This document shows, in pieces, positions 34,932 to 44,776 of a DNA stretch of 64,000 bases. Under the pieces are notes generated by a model. It did not search any database, had not been told where the DNA came from, and saw only the letters and a program-made list of their open reading frames with translations. The first letter of the stretch is position 1. Every line of letters begins with the position of its first letter. Both the position numbers and the translations under genes were made by a program. The DNA comes from Verrucomicrobiota bacterium (GTDB lineage Bacteria; Verrucomicrobiota; Verrucomicrobiia; Limisphaerales; JACRJY01): the NCBI GenBank assembly GCA_016235585.1, contig JACRJY010000098.1, positions 8,810-72,809 of the forward strand, given 5' to 3'.

Positions 34932-37900
34932 ATGGCTTCAATGAAAGCCCGCAAGCACCGCTTCCGTGGTCTGTTAAGCCGTTCACTCTGGCTGGCCGCC
35001 GTCCTATCCGCCGCCGCCTGCGCCGCCGCGGCGCAGTTGGAGTTGAAGCCCAACGACGTCGTCGCGCTGGCGGGCGGTGCGAACCTGGAACGCACGCGGT
35101 TCAACGGCCATCTGCACGCGCGCATCGTCGCGGCGAAGCTGGAATTGAAAGTGCGCGTGCGGAATTTCGCCTGGGAGGGCGACACCGTCTTTGAGCAATG
35201 GCGCGACGACAGCAAGGATCAGTGGCGGCGCTCGCGCGACTGGCGGCAGCAGCTCGACGGCGTGGGCGCGACGGTCGTCGTCGCGCAGTTCGGTCAGATG
35301 GAATCGCTGCAGGGCGCGGCGAAGCTCGGCGAATTCGTCGCGGCCTACGAAAAGCTGCTCGATGAATTCTCGGCGGGCGGGCGGCGGCTGGTGCTGCTCT
35401 CGCCGGTGCCGTTTGAAAAACCGGCGTCCGCCACGCTGCCGGATTTGTCGGCGCGCAACAGTGACGTTCAAAAATATACCGACGCCATCCGCGCGCTGGC
35501 GGCGCGGCGCGGCGCGGGCTTCGTGAACCTGTTCACGCCGTTTTCGCGCCCGCCCTTTCTCGGTCCGCCGCTGACGGACAACGGCTATCAATTGAGCGAG
35601 CGCGGCCACGCCGCCGTCGCGCTCGAAGTCGCCCGTCAGCTTGGTTGGAACACCAAACCCGCCGCCGAACTCGCGCTCGTGCGCGAGGCCGTCGTCGAGC
35701 TGGAGCGGAACTGGTTCGATTACTGGCGGCCCCGCAACTGGGCCTTCCTCGAAGGCGACCGCACGCACGTCCCGTTCAGCCGCGACTGGCGCAACCAGGA
35801 CGTGCGTCTCTTCCCGGAGGAGATGAAGGAGTTCGCCGTGATTCTCCGTGAGGCCGAAGACAACGTCGCCCTTGCGCTGGTGAACGAAACAGGAAAGGAG
35901 ATTTCCCCGCGTTCGCAAATCCCCGTCGAGCCGCCGCCCACGCCGCCGCAGACGCCGGAGGAAGAACTGGCGTCGCTGACAATACATTCCGACTATCAGG
36001 TGAACCTTTTCGCGTCGGAGAAGGACGGCGTGGTGAAGCCGGTGCAGATGCGCTGGGACGAGCGCGGGCGCTTGTGGGTCGCGTGCCTGGGAAGTTATCC
36101 ACAGGTGAAGCCCGGCGAGAAGGCGAACGACCGCATCATGATCTGCGAGGATACCGATGGCGACGGCCGTGCGGACAAGTTCACCGTGTTCGCCGACGGA
36201 TTGTTCATGCCCACGGGCCTCGAGCTTGGCGATGGCGGCGTGTATGTCTCGCAAGGCACGGAGCTGTGGCACCTGCGCGACACCGACGGCGACGGGCGCG
36301 CGGATCAGCGGCGGCTCGTGCTCGGCGGCTTCGGCACCGGCGACTCGCACCAGATGATCAACAGTTTGAGCTGGGGCTTCGGCGGCGAGCTGTGGTTCAC
36401 GCAGGGCCATCACATCTGGTCGCGCGTGGAGACGCCGTTCGGCGTCGAGCATTTGAACCGCTCCGGCGTGTGGCGGCTGCGTCCGCGCACGCTGCGGCTG
36501 GATTCATTTTTCCAGATGTCCTCCGCCGGCGCGAACTGCTGGGGCGTGATGACGGACGACTACGGCCAGGTCTTCCACAAGACCGGCGCGGACAACGGCG
36601 GCTTTTACTCCGTGCCCGGTTTGATTCGCACCGACCTCGCGCTGCCGTCGGAAATCATGCGGCTCTTCCAGGCGCGCGTGAAGACCGTCGGCTTCGATTT
36701 CGTGAACACACGCCACTTTCCCGACGAACTGCAAGGCACCGTGGTCGTCGGCGGCTTTTACGACAACACGCTGCAACTCCACCGGCTCGAATACAAAAAC
36801 GCCGAGTTCACCTCGCGCCAGTTGCCGAACCTCATCGAGACGACGAACAAGGTTTTCCGCCCCGTGGACGTGCGTGTCGGCCCGGACGGCGCGATTTATT
36901 TTGCCGACTGGTATAACCCGATCATCGGCCACTATCAGGCGTCGTATCGCCATCCCGACCGCGACAAATCGCACGGCCGCATCTGGCGCGTGAGCCGCAA
37001 AGACCGCCCGCCGGTGAAGCCCGTGCAGCTCGCGGGTGCCAGCGTGAACGCGCTGCTCGCGCAACTCGACTCGCCCGAACGCTGGGCGAAATACCAGGCC
37101 AAGCGCCTTCTCTTCGAACGCGACACGCGGGAAATCACGACGGCACTCGACGCGTTCCTCAAGCCGCTCAAGCCCGGTGATTCACGGGATGAATATCTGC
37201 GCCTGCAGGCGTTGAGCGTCTTCGAGGCGCACGAACAACTGCGGCCTGACTTGCTCAAATCACTTCTCCGCTCGCCGGATTTCCGCGTGCGCGCCTACGC
37301 CACGCGCGTGCTCGGCAACTGGCGCGAGCGCGTCCCCGGCGCGCTGGCATTGCTCCAGACGCAGGCCGACGACGCGGAGCCGCGCGTGCGCCTCGAAGCC
37401 GTCGTTGCGGCCAGCTATTTCTCCGAACCGGCGGCGGTGGCCGTCGCCACGCGCGTGCTTGATCTGCCGATGGACAAGTATCTCGATTACGCGCTCACCA
37501 AAACCATCCACGCACTGCGCCCGAAGTGGGAAGCCCTGCTGGCTGGCGCAAAAATTCCTTTCGCGAAAGAGGAGCACCTGCTTCATGTGATCAAGAGCAG
37601 CCAGGTGGACAACGGCGCGGCGCTCATCCGCGAGCGGGTGGCGGCGTTCGGCAACGACACCGCGCGGTCGCGCCTGTGGCTTGCGGCCCTCGCCGCCGTC
37701 GGCAGCACGAACGATCTCCGGCTCGTGCTGAATCGCGGCGCGACCGATGTCGTGCTGCTCGATGCCCTCGCCGCTGATGCGTCCGCGCGAAAGCTCGTTC
37801 CCGCCGGGAACATCAATCCTGACTTGCTCCGAATGTTCGACCAGCCGGACGAGGCATTGCGCCTGCGCGCCATCCGGCTGGCCGGTTTGTGGAAGGCGGG

Positions 37901-38807
37901 CGGGATGGCCAGCCGAGTTGAGTCGCTGGTCACGGACAGCACCGCGTCGCTGGTGCTTCGCTCGGAAGCCTTGGCGGCGCTGATCGGAGTGCGCGGGCGT
38001 TCTGCGCTACCGGTGCTGGTGCGGGTCGCGGAGAGTCCCGACGATTCCGCGCTGGCGCTCGCGGCGCTGGAGGCGCTGGCGCAGGTGAGCATCCCCGACG
38101 CGGCACGGGTGATTGTGAAGCGCCTGGCGAACTGCGCGAACCCGACCGAGGCCGGGCGCTGGCTCCGGCCACTGGCCCGCCGCGTGGGGGCGGCGGGGCC
38201 GCTGGCGAAGGCGCTCGCCGCGCAGCCGTTGTCCGGCCCGCAGGCGCGCCACGCCTTGAGCGCGTTGAGCAGCGCGAGCCGGTATGAAAAACCGCTGATC
38301 GAGAAGCTCACCGCGCAGGCCGGCTTCTCGGCGGAGCTGCCCGTGTTCAGCCCGGAGTTCATCCGCGAAGTCGTCGAGCAGGCGCGCAGCGTGGGCAACG
38401 CCGCCGAGGGAAAGAAACATTACGACGCGCTGGGCTGCGCCACGTGCCACACCATCAACGGCGCGGGCGGCAAGGCCGGCCCCGACCTCTCGGCGCTCGG
38501 TCGCGGCCTGCCGGTGGACATGATCGTGACCGAAGTCATCTGGCCGCAGTTGAACGTGAAGGAAGGCTTCGAGGCCACGAGCGTCACGACCCGCGACGGG
38601 CAGATCATCGAAGGCATCAAGCACAGCGAAACTGCCGGGGAAATCGCCATCCGCGACACGCTCACCGGCGAAGTGACGCGCGTGCGCCGCGCCCAGGTGG
38701 ACAAGATCAAACCCACCGGCTCCATCATGCCCGAAGGCCTGATCGCGCCGCTCACGCGCCCGCAGCTCGCCGACTTGATCCGTTACCTGTCAGAGTTGGG
38801 GAAATAG
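34932..38807 (+). CDS. multidomain protein: SGNH/GDSL-like hydrolase + PVC-type membrane-bound dehydrogenase (beta-propeller) domain + HEAT repeats + C-terminal c-type heme-binding domain
   Basis: 1291 aa with a signal/anchor. DTDGDGRAD x2 propeller region, HEAT-like PDFRVRAYATRVLG and EPRVRLEAVVAA, and a CATCH heme motif with GAGGKAGPDLS (Pirellula/Verrucomicrobium-type heme-binding domain). Confidence 0.8.
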   Translation: MASMKARKHRFRGLLSRSLWLAAVLSAAACAAAAQLELKPNDVVALAGGANLERTRFNGHLHARIVAAKLELKVRVRNFAWEGDTVFEQWRDDSKDQWRRSRDWRQQLDGVGATVVVAQFGQMESLQGAAKLGEFVAAYEKLLDEFSAGGRRLVLLSPVPFEKPASATLPDLSARNSDVQKYTDAIRALAARRGAGFVNLFTPFSRPPFLGPPLTDNGYQLSERGHAAVALEVARQLGWNTKPAAELALVREAVVELERNWFDYWRPRNWAFLEGDRTHVPFSRDWRNQDVRLFPEEMKEFAVILREAEDNVALALVNETGKEISPRSQIPVEPPPTPPQTPEEELASLTIHSDYQVNLFASEKDGVVKPVQMRWDERGRLWVACLGSYPQVKPGEKANDRIMICEDTDGDGRADKFTVFADGLFMPTGLELGDGGVYVSQGTELWHLRDTDGDGRADQRRLVLGGFGTGDSHQMINSLSWGFGGELWFTQGHHIWSRVETPFGVEHLNRSGVWRLRPRTLRLDSFFQMSSAGANCWGVMTDDYGQVFHKTGADNGGFYSVPGLIRTDLALPSEIMRLFQARVKTVGFDFVNTRHFPDELQGTVVVGGFYDNTLQLHRLEYKNAEFTSRQLPNLIETTNKVFRPVDVRVGPDGAIYFADWYNPIIGHYQASYRHPDRDKSHGRIWRVSRKDRPPVKPVQLAGASVNALLAQLDSPERWAKYQAKRLLFERDTREITTALDAFLKPLKPGDSRDEYLRLQALSVFEAHEQLRPDLLKSLLRSPDFRVRAYATRVLGNWRERVPGALALLQTQADDAEPRVRLEAVVAASYFSEPAAVAVATRVLDLPMDKYLDYALTKTIHALRPKWEALLAGAKIPFAKEEHLLHVIKSSQVDNGAALIRERVAAFGNDTARSRLWLAALAAVGSTNDLRLVLNRGATDVVLLDALAADASARKLVPAGNINPDLLRMFDQPDEALRLRAIRLAGLWKAGGMASRVESLVTDSTASLVLRSEALAALIGVRGRSALPVLVRVAESPDDSALALAALEALAQVSIPDAARVIVKRLANCANPTEAGRWLRPLARRVGAAGPLAKALAAQPLSGPQARHALSALSSASRYEKPLIEKLTAQAGFSAELPVFSPEFIREVVEQARSVGNAAEGKKHYDALGCATCHTINGAGGKAGPDLSALGRGLPVDMIVTEVIWPQLNVKEGFEATSVTTRDGQIIEGIKHSETAGEIAIRDTLTGEVTRVRRAQVDKIKPTGSIMPEGLIAPLTRPQLADLIRYLSELGK

Positions 38808-38863
38808 TTTTCGGAGGAAGAAAAGCGCTTCCCGAAAATCATCGGCGAAATTACCTTGCCGCC

Positions 38864-41506
38864 ATGTCCAAATCCGCCAGCAAGCTTACCCGCCGCCGCT
38901 TCCTTTCCCGTTCCGCCGCGCTCGCCGCTGGTTCGACCGTGGCGGCGGAATTTTTCTCCGCGACCAGAACTCTGTCCGCCGCCGAGGTTGCCAATGAGTT
39001 TCGCAGCGCGTGGGACCAATGCCCCGACCGCGTGTGGGCCGGGCCGGAGTTTTGGACGAACCCGATGCAGGACTGGCGCATTGCCGGCGGGCGGCTCGAA
39101 TGCATCAACGCCGCCGCCGACCGCAATGTTCACGTGCTCACGCGGCAGTTGGCAGATCGCAAAGGCACGTTGCAGATGAGCGTGCGCGTGGGGCGCGTCG
39201 GCGGCGGGAGGCTGGCGGGGAAAGGTTCGTTTGGTTTCCGCCTCGGGATTCTCGGCACGCTGAAGGATTACCCGGAGCATCACGATTACCGGAACAACCT
39301 TTGGCCCGCACCGGGCGCCGGCTTCAACGCGGGTGTGACAGCCGACGGCGGCCTGTTTGTGGACCGGCTCGCGTCAGCCAGCAACGCGAAGCTCGATTTG
39401 AACATTGAGTCGGTCGAGTTGCGTTTGAACGCCGAGCCGAAGGGCGACGCCTACGAGGTCACGCTCACGGCCTTTGATGCCGCGAGCGGAAAGCAACTTG
39501 GCCAAAGCTCGATGGGATCGGTCAGCGGAACTCGTTTGGTGGGCAACGTCGCGCTCGTGAGCAACTTCCCGGCGGGCAGCGAGGTGAACGCCAAGGGCAA
39601 GGGCAAGGCCAAGGCCAAAGCGAAGAATGCCGACAGCGGCCCAAATCCCGGCCTCGGTCAGTTCTGGTTCAGCGACTGGCGCATCAGCGGCACGAAGTTC
39701 ACGGCGAACGACGCGCAAGCCTTCGGGCCGATTCTGTGGTCGCAATACACCGTGAGCGGCGGCGTGCTGAAGATGAGCGCGCAGATGCCGCCGCTGGGCG
39801 CGGAGGATTCCGACAGCGTGCGGTTGCAGACACAGCAAGGTGGCGCGTGGAAAACCATCGGCGAGGAGAAGATTCATCCGCAGGCGCGCACGGCCACGTT
39901 TCGCATCGCGAAATGGGACGACACAAAGGATGCGCCGTATCGCCTCGCCTACACGCTCAAGTCGAAGTCCGGCAGCACCGAGCATTTCTGGAACGGAACC
40001 GTGCGGCGCGACCCGGTGGACAGGCCGGTGCTCACCGTGGGCGACGTGTCGTGCAACATCCACAGCGTTTTCCCGAACGTCCCGCTGGTGCGGAACATGG
40101 CGAAGCTGAACCCCGACCTGCTCGCGTTCACCGGCGACCAGTTTTACGAGAGCACCGGCGGCTACAACGTGCAGCGCGCGCCGCTGGAGCCGGCGATCAT
40201 TGATTATCTCCGCAAGTGGTATTTCCACGGCTGGACGTGGCGCGAGTTGATGCGCGACCGGCCCAGCGTTTCGATCCCCGACGATCACGATGTTTATCAG
40301 GGCAATCTCTGGGGCGAGGCGGGCGACGGCAAGAAGACCACGCAGGAGGCGGGCGGCTACGATTTGCCCGCCGAGTGGGTGAACGTGGTGCATCGCACGC
40401 AGACCTCGCACCATCCCGATGCCTACGACGCGCGGCCGTGCAAGCGCGGCACCACGAATTACTACGGGCCGCTGACCTGGGGCCGCGTGAGCTTCGCGAT
40501 CCTCGCCGACCGCCAATACAAATCCGGCCCCGAAGGCAAGGTGCCGCCCACGGGTTCACCGCGCGGGGATCATGTGATGAATCCGGATTTCGATCCGAAG
40601 ACCGCTGATCTTCCAGGCCTGCAATTGCTCGGTGAAACGCAGATGAAATTTCTCCGCGAGTGGGCCGCCGACTGGCGCGGCGCGGAAATGAAGGCGGTCA
40701 TTTCGCAGACAATCTTCACCGCGATGGCCACGACGCACGGCGGCGCGGCGGGCGTGTTGCAGGCGGATTACGACGCGAACGGCTGGCCGCAGTCGCCACG
40801 CCACGCCGCGTTGCGCGAGCTGCGCCGGGCGTTCGCGTTCCACCTCGCGGGCGACCAGCACCTGCCGGCGGTGGTGCATTACGGCATTGACGGACATCGC
40901 GACGCGGGCGCGGCCTTCGCCGGCCCGGCGGTGAATGTCGGTTACCGGCGCTGGTGGGAGCCGGCGCGCACGCAGCGGAACAAAAAGTCCGGCAACGCGA
41001 AACTCACCGGCGATTTTCTCGATCACTTCGGCAACCCGGTCACGGTGCTCGCGGTGAAGAACGGCCCCGCGCAATTGCGCCCCGCCGTGCTCGACAACGT
41101 GACCGACAAGACGAGCGGCCTCGGCGTGGTGCGCTTCGACAAGCGCCGCCGCGTGGTGACAGTCGAGTGCTGGCCCTACGACGCCGACCCGACGAAGGGC
41201 GGCACGCAGTTCGAGGGCTGGCCCGTGACCGTGAGCCAATTGGACAACTACGCGCGCAAAGCCGCCGCGCATCTGCCGACGCTGAATATCAGTGGTGTGA
41301 AGAATCCCGTGGTGCAGGTGTTCGAGGAGAAGAGTGGCGAACTGCTCTACGCGTTGCGCGTGGAGGGAAACAAGTTCCGCCCGCACGTCTTCGCCCCCGG
41401 CAAATACACCGTCAAAGTTGGCGAGCCGGAGACCGGGAAGTTGAAGGAACTCACCGGCCTCGAAGCCGGCGCGGACAACAAAACCTCGCTCGAAGTGAAG
41501 GTGTAG
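38864..41506 (+). CDS. Tat-exported PhoD-like metallophosphatase family protein (large form)
   Basis: The Met at 38864 gives the signal LTRRRFLSRSAALAAGSTVAA. Motifs GDQFYE, PDDHDVYQGNLWGE and HLAGDQHL. The track ORF's 140-aa N-terminal extension overlaps the preceding gene and is rejected. Confidence 0.7.
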   Translation: MSKSASKLTRRRFLSRSAALAAGSTVAAEFFSATRTLSAAEVANEFRSAWDQCPDRVWAGPEFWTNPMQDWRIAGGRLECINAAADRNVHVLTRQLADRKGTLQMSVRVGRVGGGRLAGKGSFGFRLGILGTLKDYPEHHDYRNNLWPAPGAGFNAGVTADGGLFVDRLASASNAKLDLNIESVELRLNAEPKGDAYEVTLTAFDAASGKQLGQSSMGSVSGTRLVGNVALVSNFPAGSEVNAKGKGKAKAKAKNADSGPNPGLGQFWFSDWRISGTKFTANDAQAFGPILWSQYTVSGGVLKMSAQMPPLGAEDSDSVRLQTQQGGAWKTIGEEKIHPQARTATFRIAKWDDTKDAPYRLAYTLKSKSGSTEHFWNGTVRRDPVDRPVLTVGDVSCNIHSVFPNVPLVRNMAKLNPDLLAFTGDQFYESTGGYNVQRAPLEPAIIDYLRKWYFHGWTWRELMRDRPSVSIPDDHDVYQGNLWGEAGDGKKTTQEAGGYDLPAEWVNVVHRTQTSHHPDAYDARPCKRGTTNYYGPLTWGRVSFAILADRQYKSGPEGKVPPTGSPRGDHVMNPDFDPKTADLPGLQLLGETQMKFLREWAADWRGAEMKAVISQTIFTAMATTHGGAAGVLQADYDANGWPQSPRHAALRELRRAFAFHLAGDQHLPAVVHYGIDGHRDAGAAFAGPAVNVGYRRWWEPARTQRNKKSGNAKLTGDFLDHFGNPVTVLAVKNGPAQLRPAVLDNVTDKTSGLGVVRFDKRRRVVTVECWPYDADPTKGGTQFEGWPVTVSQLDNYARKAAAHLPTLNISGVKNPVVQVFEEKSGELLYALRVEGNKFRPHVFAPGKYTVKVGEPETGKLKELTGLEAGADNKTSLEVKV

Positions 41507-41507
41507 C

Positions 41508-42476
41508 ATGATTCGCCATTGCCTTTTGCTTTTTGCAATTGCTTGGTCTGCGTGGAGCGCGCTTCCCGCCCAAGCCCAGCTCCGCCCCGGCGCGCTGCCC
41601 GGCAAGGGCAAGGGCGCGGGCCGCCCGCAAATCGTCCGCGAGTTTCCGAACGTCACCCTCACGACGAACTGGGTGAAAAATCCCACGACCGGCGCGGAGA
41701 TTTTCACGCTCGTGCTCACGCCAAAAAACAAGAGCGGCGAGAAACTCCCCGCGCTCGTCCTGTGCCCCGGCGGCAACGGCCACAGCATTCTGTTCTTGAG
41801 CGGCCAGGGCATGGCGCAGCAGCTCGCGGAGATGGGCTTCGCCGCCGTGGTGTTCGATCCTGAAGGCCGCGGGCAGAGCCAGGGCGTCGAGGATTACTGC
41901 GGCTTCAAGCATCAGGACGGGCTGGCGGCGATGGTGCGCTGGGTGGCGCGGCAGCCGGGCATTGACTCGGAGCGCATCGGCCTTTGCTCGAATTCCTACG
42001 GCGTGACGATGGCCACGGGCGCGCTCGCGCGGCACCCCGATTTGCCGGCGCGGTTCCTGATTGATTGGGAAGGCCCGATGGATCGCAACGACACCGGCGG
42101 CTGCGACCCGGCCAAGCCGGGCATGGGCGGCCATTTGAAAAGCGTGGCGAAGTGCGACGATGAAAATTTCTGGCGCGAACGCGAGGCGGTGAAGTTCGTC
42201 GGCCGGCTGCGCGTGCCGTATCAGCGCATCCAGTCGGAGAAGGATCACGTGCAGCGCGACAACCATCACGCCGTCGCGATGGTCAATGCCGCGCTGGCCG
42301 GCGGCGTGCCGGAAGTGTGGCTCAACGAGGAGTTCGTGAAGCAGCCGCTCGACCTGAAGAACCCGCCCAAGTGGCTGCCCGACGCCGACGCGGATCGCCG
42401 CAACGCCGATTACTACGCCCGCTACGCCAAGGAGATGTTCAAGTATTCGCCGAAGCCGAAGGCAAAGACTTTTTAG
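41508..42476 (+). CDS. secreted alpha/beta hydrolase fold protein
   Basis: Starts 1 nt after the preceding stop. Signal MIRHCLLLFAIAWSAWSALPAQA. LCPGGNGH and the nucleophile-elbow-like CSNSYG. Confidence 0.6.
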   Translation: MIRHCLLLFAIAWSAWSALPAQAQLRPGALPGKGKGAGRPQIVREFPNVTLTTNWVKNPTTGAEIFTLVLTPKNKSGEKLPALVLCPGGNGHSILFLSGQGMAQQLAEMGFAAVVFDPEGRGQSQGVEDYCGFKHQDGLAAMVRWVARQPGIDSERIGLCSNSYGVTMATGALARHPDLPARFLIDWEGPMDRNDTGGCDPAKPGMGGHLKSVAKCDDENFWREREAVKFVGRLRVPYQRIQSEKDHVQRDNHHAVAMVNAALAGGVPEVWLNEEFVKQPLDLKNPPKWLPDADADRRNADYYARYAKEMFKYSPKPKAKTF

Positions 42477-42530
42477 CCACGGATGAAACACGGACGCGGG
42501 GCGAGCCGCCGGCTTGAACTTCTACCGTCT

Positions 42531-43562
42531 TCATTTGGCCTTCTTCCTCCGCGTTCCCGGTGTTTCCGGGCGAGTTCCTTCCAACCGCTTGATCTCCCGG
42601 TCGAAGTCCGAAACGTATTCCGCGTCCTGCCGCTGGCGATAGACCTCGAATTCCCCCTCGGCCTTGAGCTTCGCCTCCAATGCGCTCACCTTGCCCTTGT
42701 CCTGGAGAATCGGATAGTTCGACAGCTCAAGAAAGCTGTGCAGGAATTTCACCCAGTCCGCCATCTTCATCAGGATGCCGCGCTCGGCCCGGTTCTCCGC
42801 GAGGTCAAGATAGGCGGAAACGATGCGGTTCAACTCCTTCACATGAGCCTCGCTCAAGTAGTTCTTCGCCACCGTCACGTCCGACTTCAAAATCTTCCCG
42901 CCCGGCGCGTGCTTCCACGTCGTCAGCCCCATGTAAACCTTCGTCGCATCGGCGGCGGCGTAGATCAGTTCCGCCGCCGTCTGGCCCGTGATCGCCCAGT
43001 GCAGCTTGTTCTGCACCGTGGCGAAGAACTCTTTTGTCATTGGCGCGTCCGCGTTGTAATCCAGCGACAGGGCGTAGATGTCCGTGATCTTCTGGTAAAA
43101 GCGCCGCTCGCTGGCCCGGATTTCCCGGATGCGCTCCAGCAGTTCGTCGAAGTAATCCTTGCCGAAGACCTGCTTGCCCTGCTTCAGCCGCTCGTCATCC
43201 AGCACGAAGCCCTTGATGATGAACTCGCGCAATGTCTTCGTGGCCCAGATGCGGAACTGCGTGGCCTGAAAGCTGTTCACCCGGTAGCCGACGGCGATGA
43301 TGGCGTCGAGGTTGTAGTATTTGGCGGAGTAAGTTTTCCCGTCCCCGGCAGTATGTTCCAAAATGGAACATACTGAATCTTCCGCCAGTTCCCCGGTGGA
43401 GAAGATGTTCAACAAGTGCTTCGTGATGGCTGGGCGCTGAACGCCGAACAACTCCGCCAACGCCTTTTGCGTCAGCCAGACCGTCTCGTCCTTGAAAAAC
43501 ACGTCCACCTTCACCGCCCCGTCCGGCGCGGTGTAGAGCAGGAATTGGTTTTGGGCGCTCAT
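42531..43562 (-). CDS. rhuM: RhuM family virulence/defence-island protein
   Basis: Near-textbook RhuM N-terminus (VWLTQKALAELFGVQRPAITKHLLNIFSTGEL ... KYYNLDAIIAVGYRVNSFQATQFRIWATKTLREFIIKGFVLDDERLK). Confidence 0.85.
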   Translation of the reverse strand: MSAQNQFLLYTAPDGAVKVDVFFKDETVWLTQKALAELFGVQRPAITKHLLNIFSTGELAEDSVCSILEHTAGDGKTYSAKYYNLDAIIAVGYRVNSFQATQFRIWATKTLREFIIKGFVLDDERLKQGKQVFGKDYFDELLERIREIRASERRFYQKITDIYALSLDYNADAPMTKEFFATVQNKLHWAITGQTAAELIYAAADATKVYMGLTTWKHAPGGKILKSDVTVAKNYLSEAHVKELNRIVSAYLDLAENRAERGILMKMADWVKFLHSFLELSNYPILQDKGKVSALEAKLKAEGEFEVYRQRQDAEYVSDFDREIKRLEGTRPETPGTRRKKAK

Positions 43563-43672
43563 GGGGTTTGAACTTCCACCTGCTTCATTCTGCCTTCTTC
43601 GTTTTGCGAGTGGCCGTCATGCCGCAGGATGTTGCAAAGTGCCGGAGATTTTGGACGAGGGCGTGTGATTAC

Positions 43673-44776
43673 TCACGTTTTACCTCCATTCAAGCCGGTG
43701 ACATGAAGCAACGTGCCGTCTGCGAAAAGACTGTTTATCTCGGTCTCCGACTCGGTCAACTTCGTCGCTAGTGGCTGTGCAACTGCCTCGAACCTGACAC
43801 CTGCCTCCAACGCCTGCCGCTGCACGCCAAAGAACACTTTGATTTTCGACACCGCACTTTCAGATGAGCGGCCAAGGAACTCGGAATCATGATAGCGGTG
43901 AGTTTCGAGAGCATTCGGTTGAGATTCCTCAACGAACTCTGCTCGCAGCTCTTCTTGAAGGCCCTCGATGCGACGAGTTCTAGCGACAGAAGCTGCACCA
44001 GCATCATCAATGCGATGCTTCTCCCGTAGCCGCTGTGACAACGTGGACACATAGTCCTTCGCGGTCTGCGGAAGACCGGCAAATTGAAGCACCTTCTCGA
44101 AGTGAAGAAGCCGGGATGTTTCTGCATCCGCCTTCACTTCTTCAGGTAGCGCGGGCGGATCGACGACAAAAGAAGTGCTTGGAAAAAACCGCTCGTCCGC
44201 GCTCAGGTAGGAGACGATAGCAATCTTCGCCTCGGCAGTTTCAGGGTAACTTTTTACCTGGCTCAGGGCTTTCGACATCGTCTTTTCGACCGTCTGCATT
44301 TTCGTCGTTCCTTTTGCCTCAAACAGGTATCGCTGGCTTGTGGCCGTGTAGCCTTGGAAGTCAGGTCGCTTCTTGCTGAGTTTCGAGTTTTGAGGAATCT
44401 GGCTGACCGATTTCCAACTCAAGCCAAATACTTCGACCATGAAGAAAGCCGCGAGGGCAACGCCGAGGTCTTCTGATAGCCTTCGGCGCGAATCTGAATT
44501 TGCCCCGGCTGGGACGTTGATGCCGCCAACAGCATCCGCACGTTCAAAGAATGTTCGGACCGTCGAGAGATAGAGCGTCAAGTCACTGACAAATCGTTGC
44601 GGTTGCTCACCGAGGAGAAGATAGGCGTGCGTAAACACTGCCGGATTTATCGCCACGAACCGGACATTCTCTGGGAGCTGTGACGAATTGAGGAGGCGAC
44701 TGGCTCCCGCTGCGCTCGCTGCGCGTGCGAGTGTTGGCGCATCAATGCGGTATGGGTGATGGAAAGGCGTGTTCAT
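43673..44776 (-). CDS. uncharacterised protein with PD-(D/E)xK nuclease-like core and unknown helical C-terminal domain
   Basis: 367 aa, AT-richer. E102-D-L-G ... P138-D-F ... F-E153-A-K155-G-T, followed by a beta-strand (IAIVSY). The last ~190 aa carry no motif I recognise. Confidence 0.6.
   Translation of the reverse strand: MNTPFHHPYRIDAPTLARAASAAGASRLLNSSQLPENVRFVAINPAVFTHAYLLLGEQPQRFVSDLTLYLSTVRTFFERADAVGGINVPAGANSDSRRRLSEDLGVALAAFFMVEVFGLSWKSVSQIPQNSKLSKKRPDFQGYTATSQRYLFEAKGTTKMQTVEKTMSKALSQVKSYPETAEAKIAIVSYLSADERFFPSTSFVVDPPALPEEVKADAETSRLLHFEKVLQFAGLPQTAKDYVSTLSQRLREKHRIDDAGAASVARTRRIEGLQEELRAEFVEESQPNALETHRYHDSEFLGRSSESAVSKIKVFFGVQRQALEAGVRFEAVAQPLATKLTESETEINSLFADGTLLHVTGLNGGKT

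Noticed and set aside
38444-38863. 140-aa N-terminal extension of the PhoD-like ORF
   Set aside because: The extension is His/Arg-rich nonsense that overlaps the 3' end of the preceding heme-protein gene in another frame. A canonical twin-arginine signal starts at the Met at 38864.
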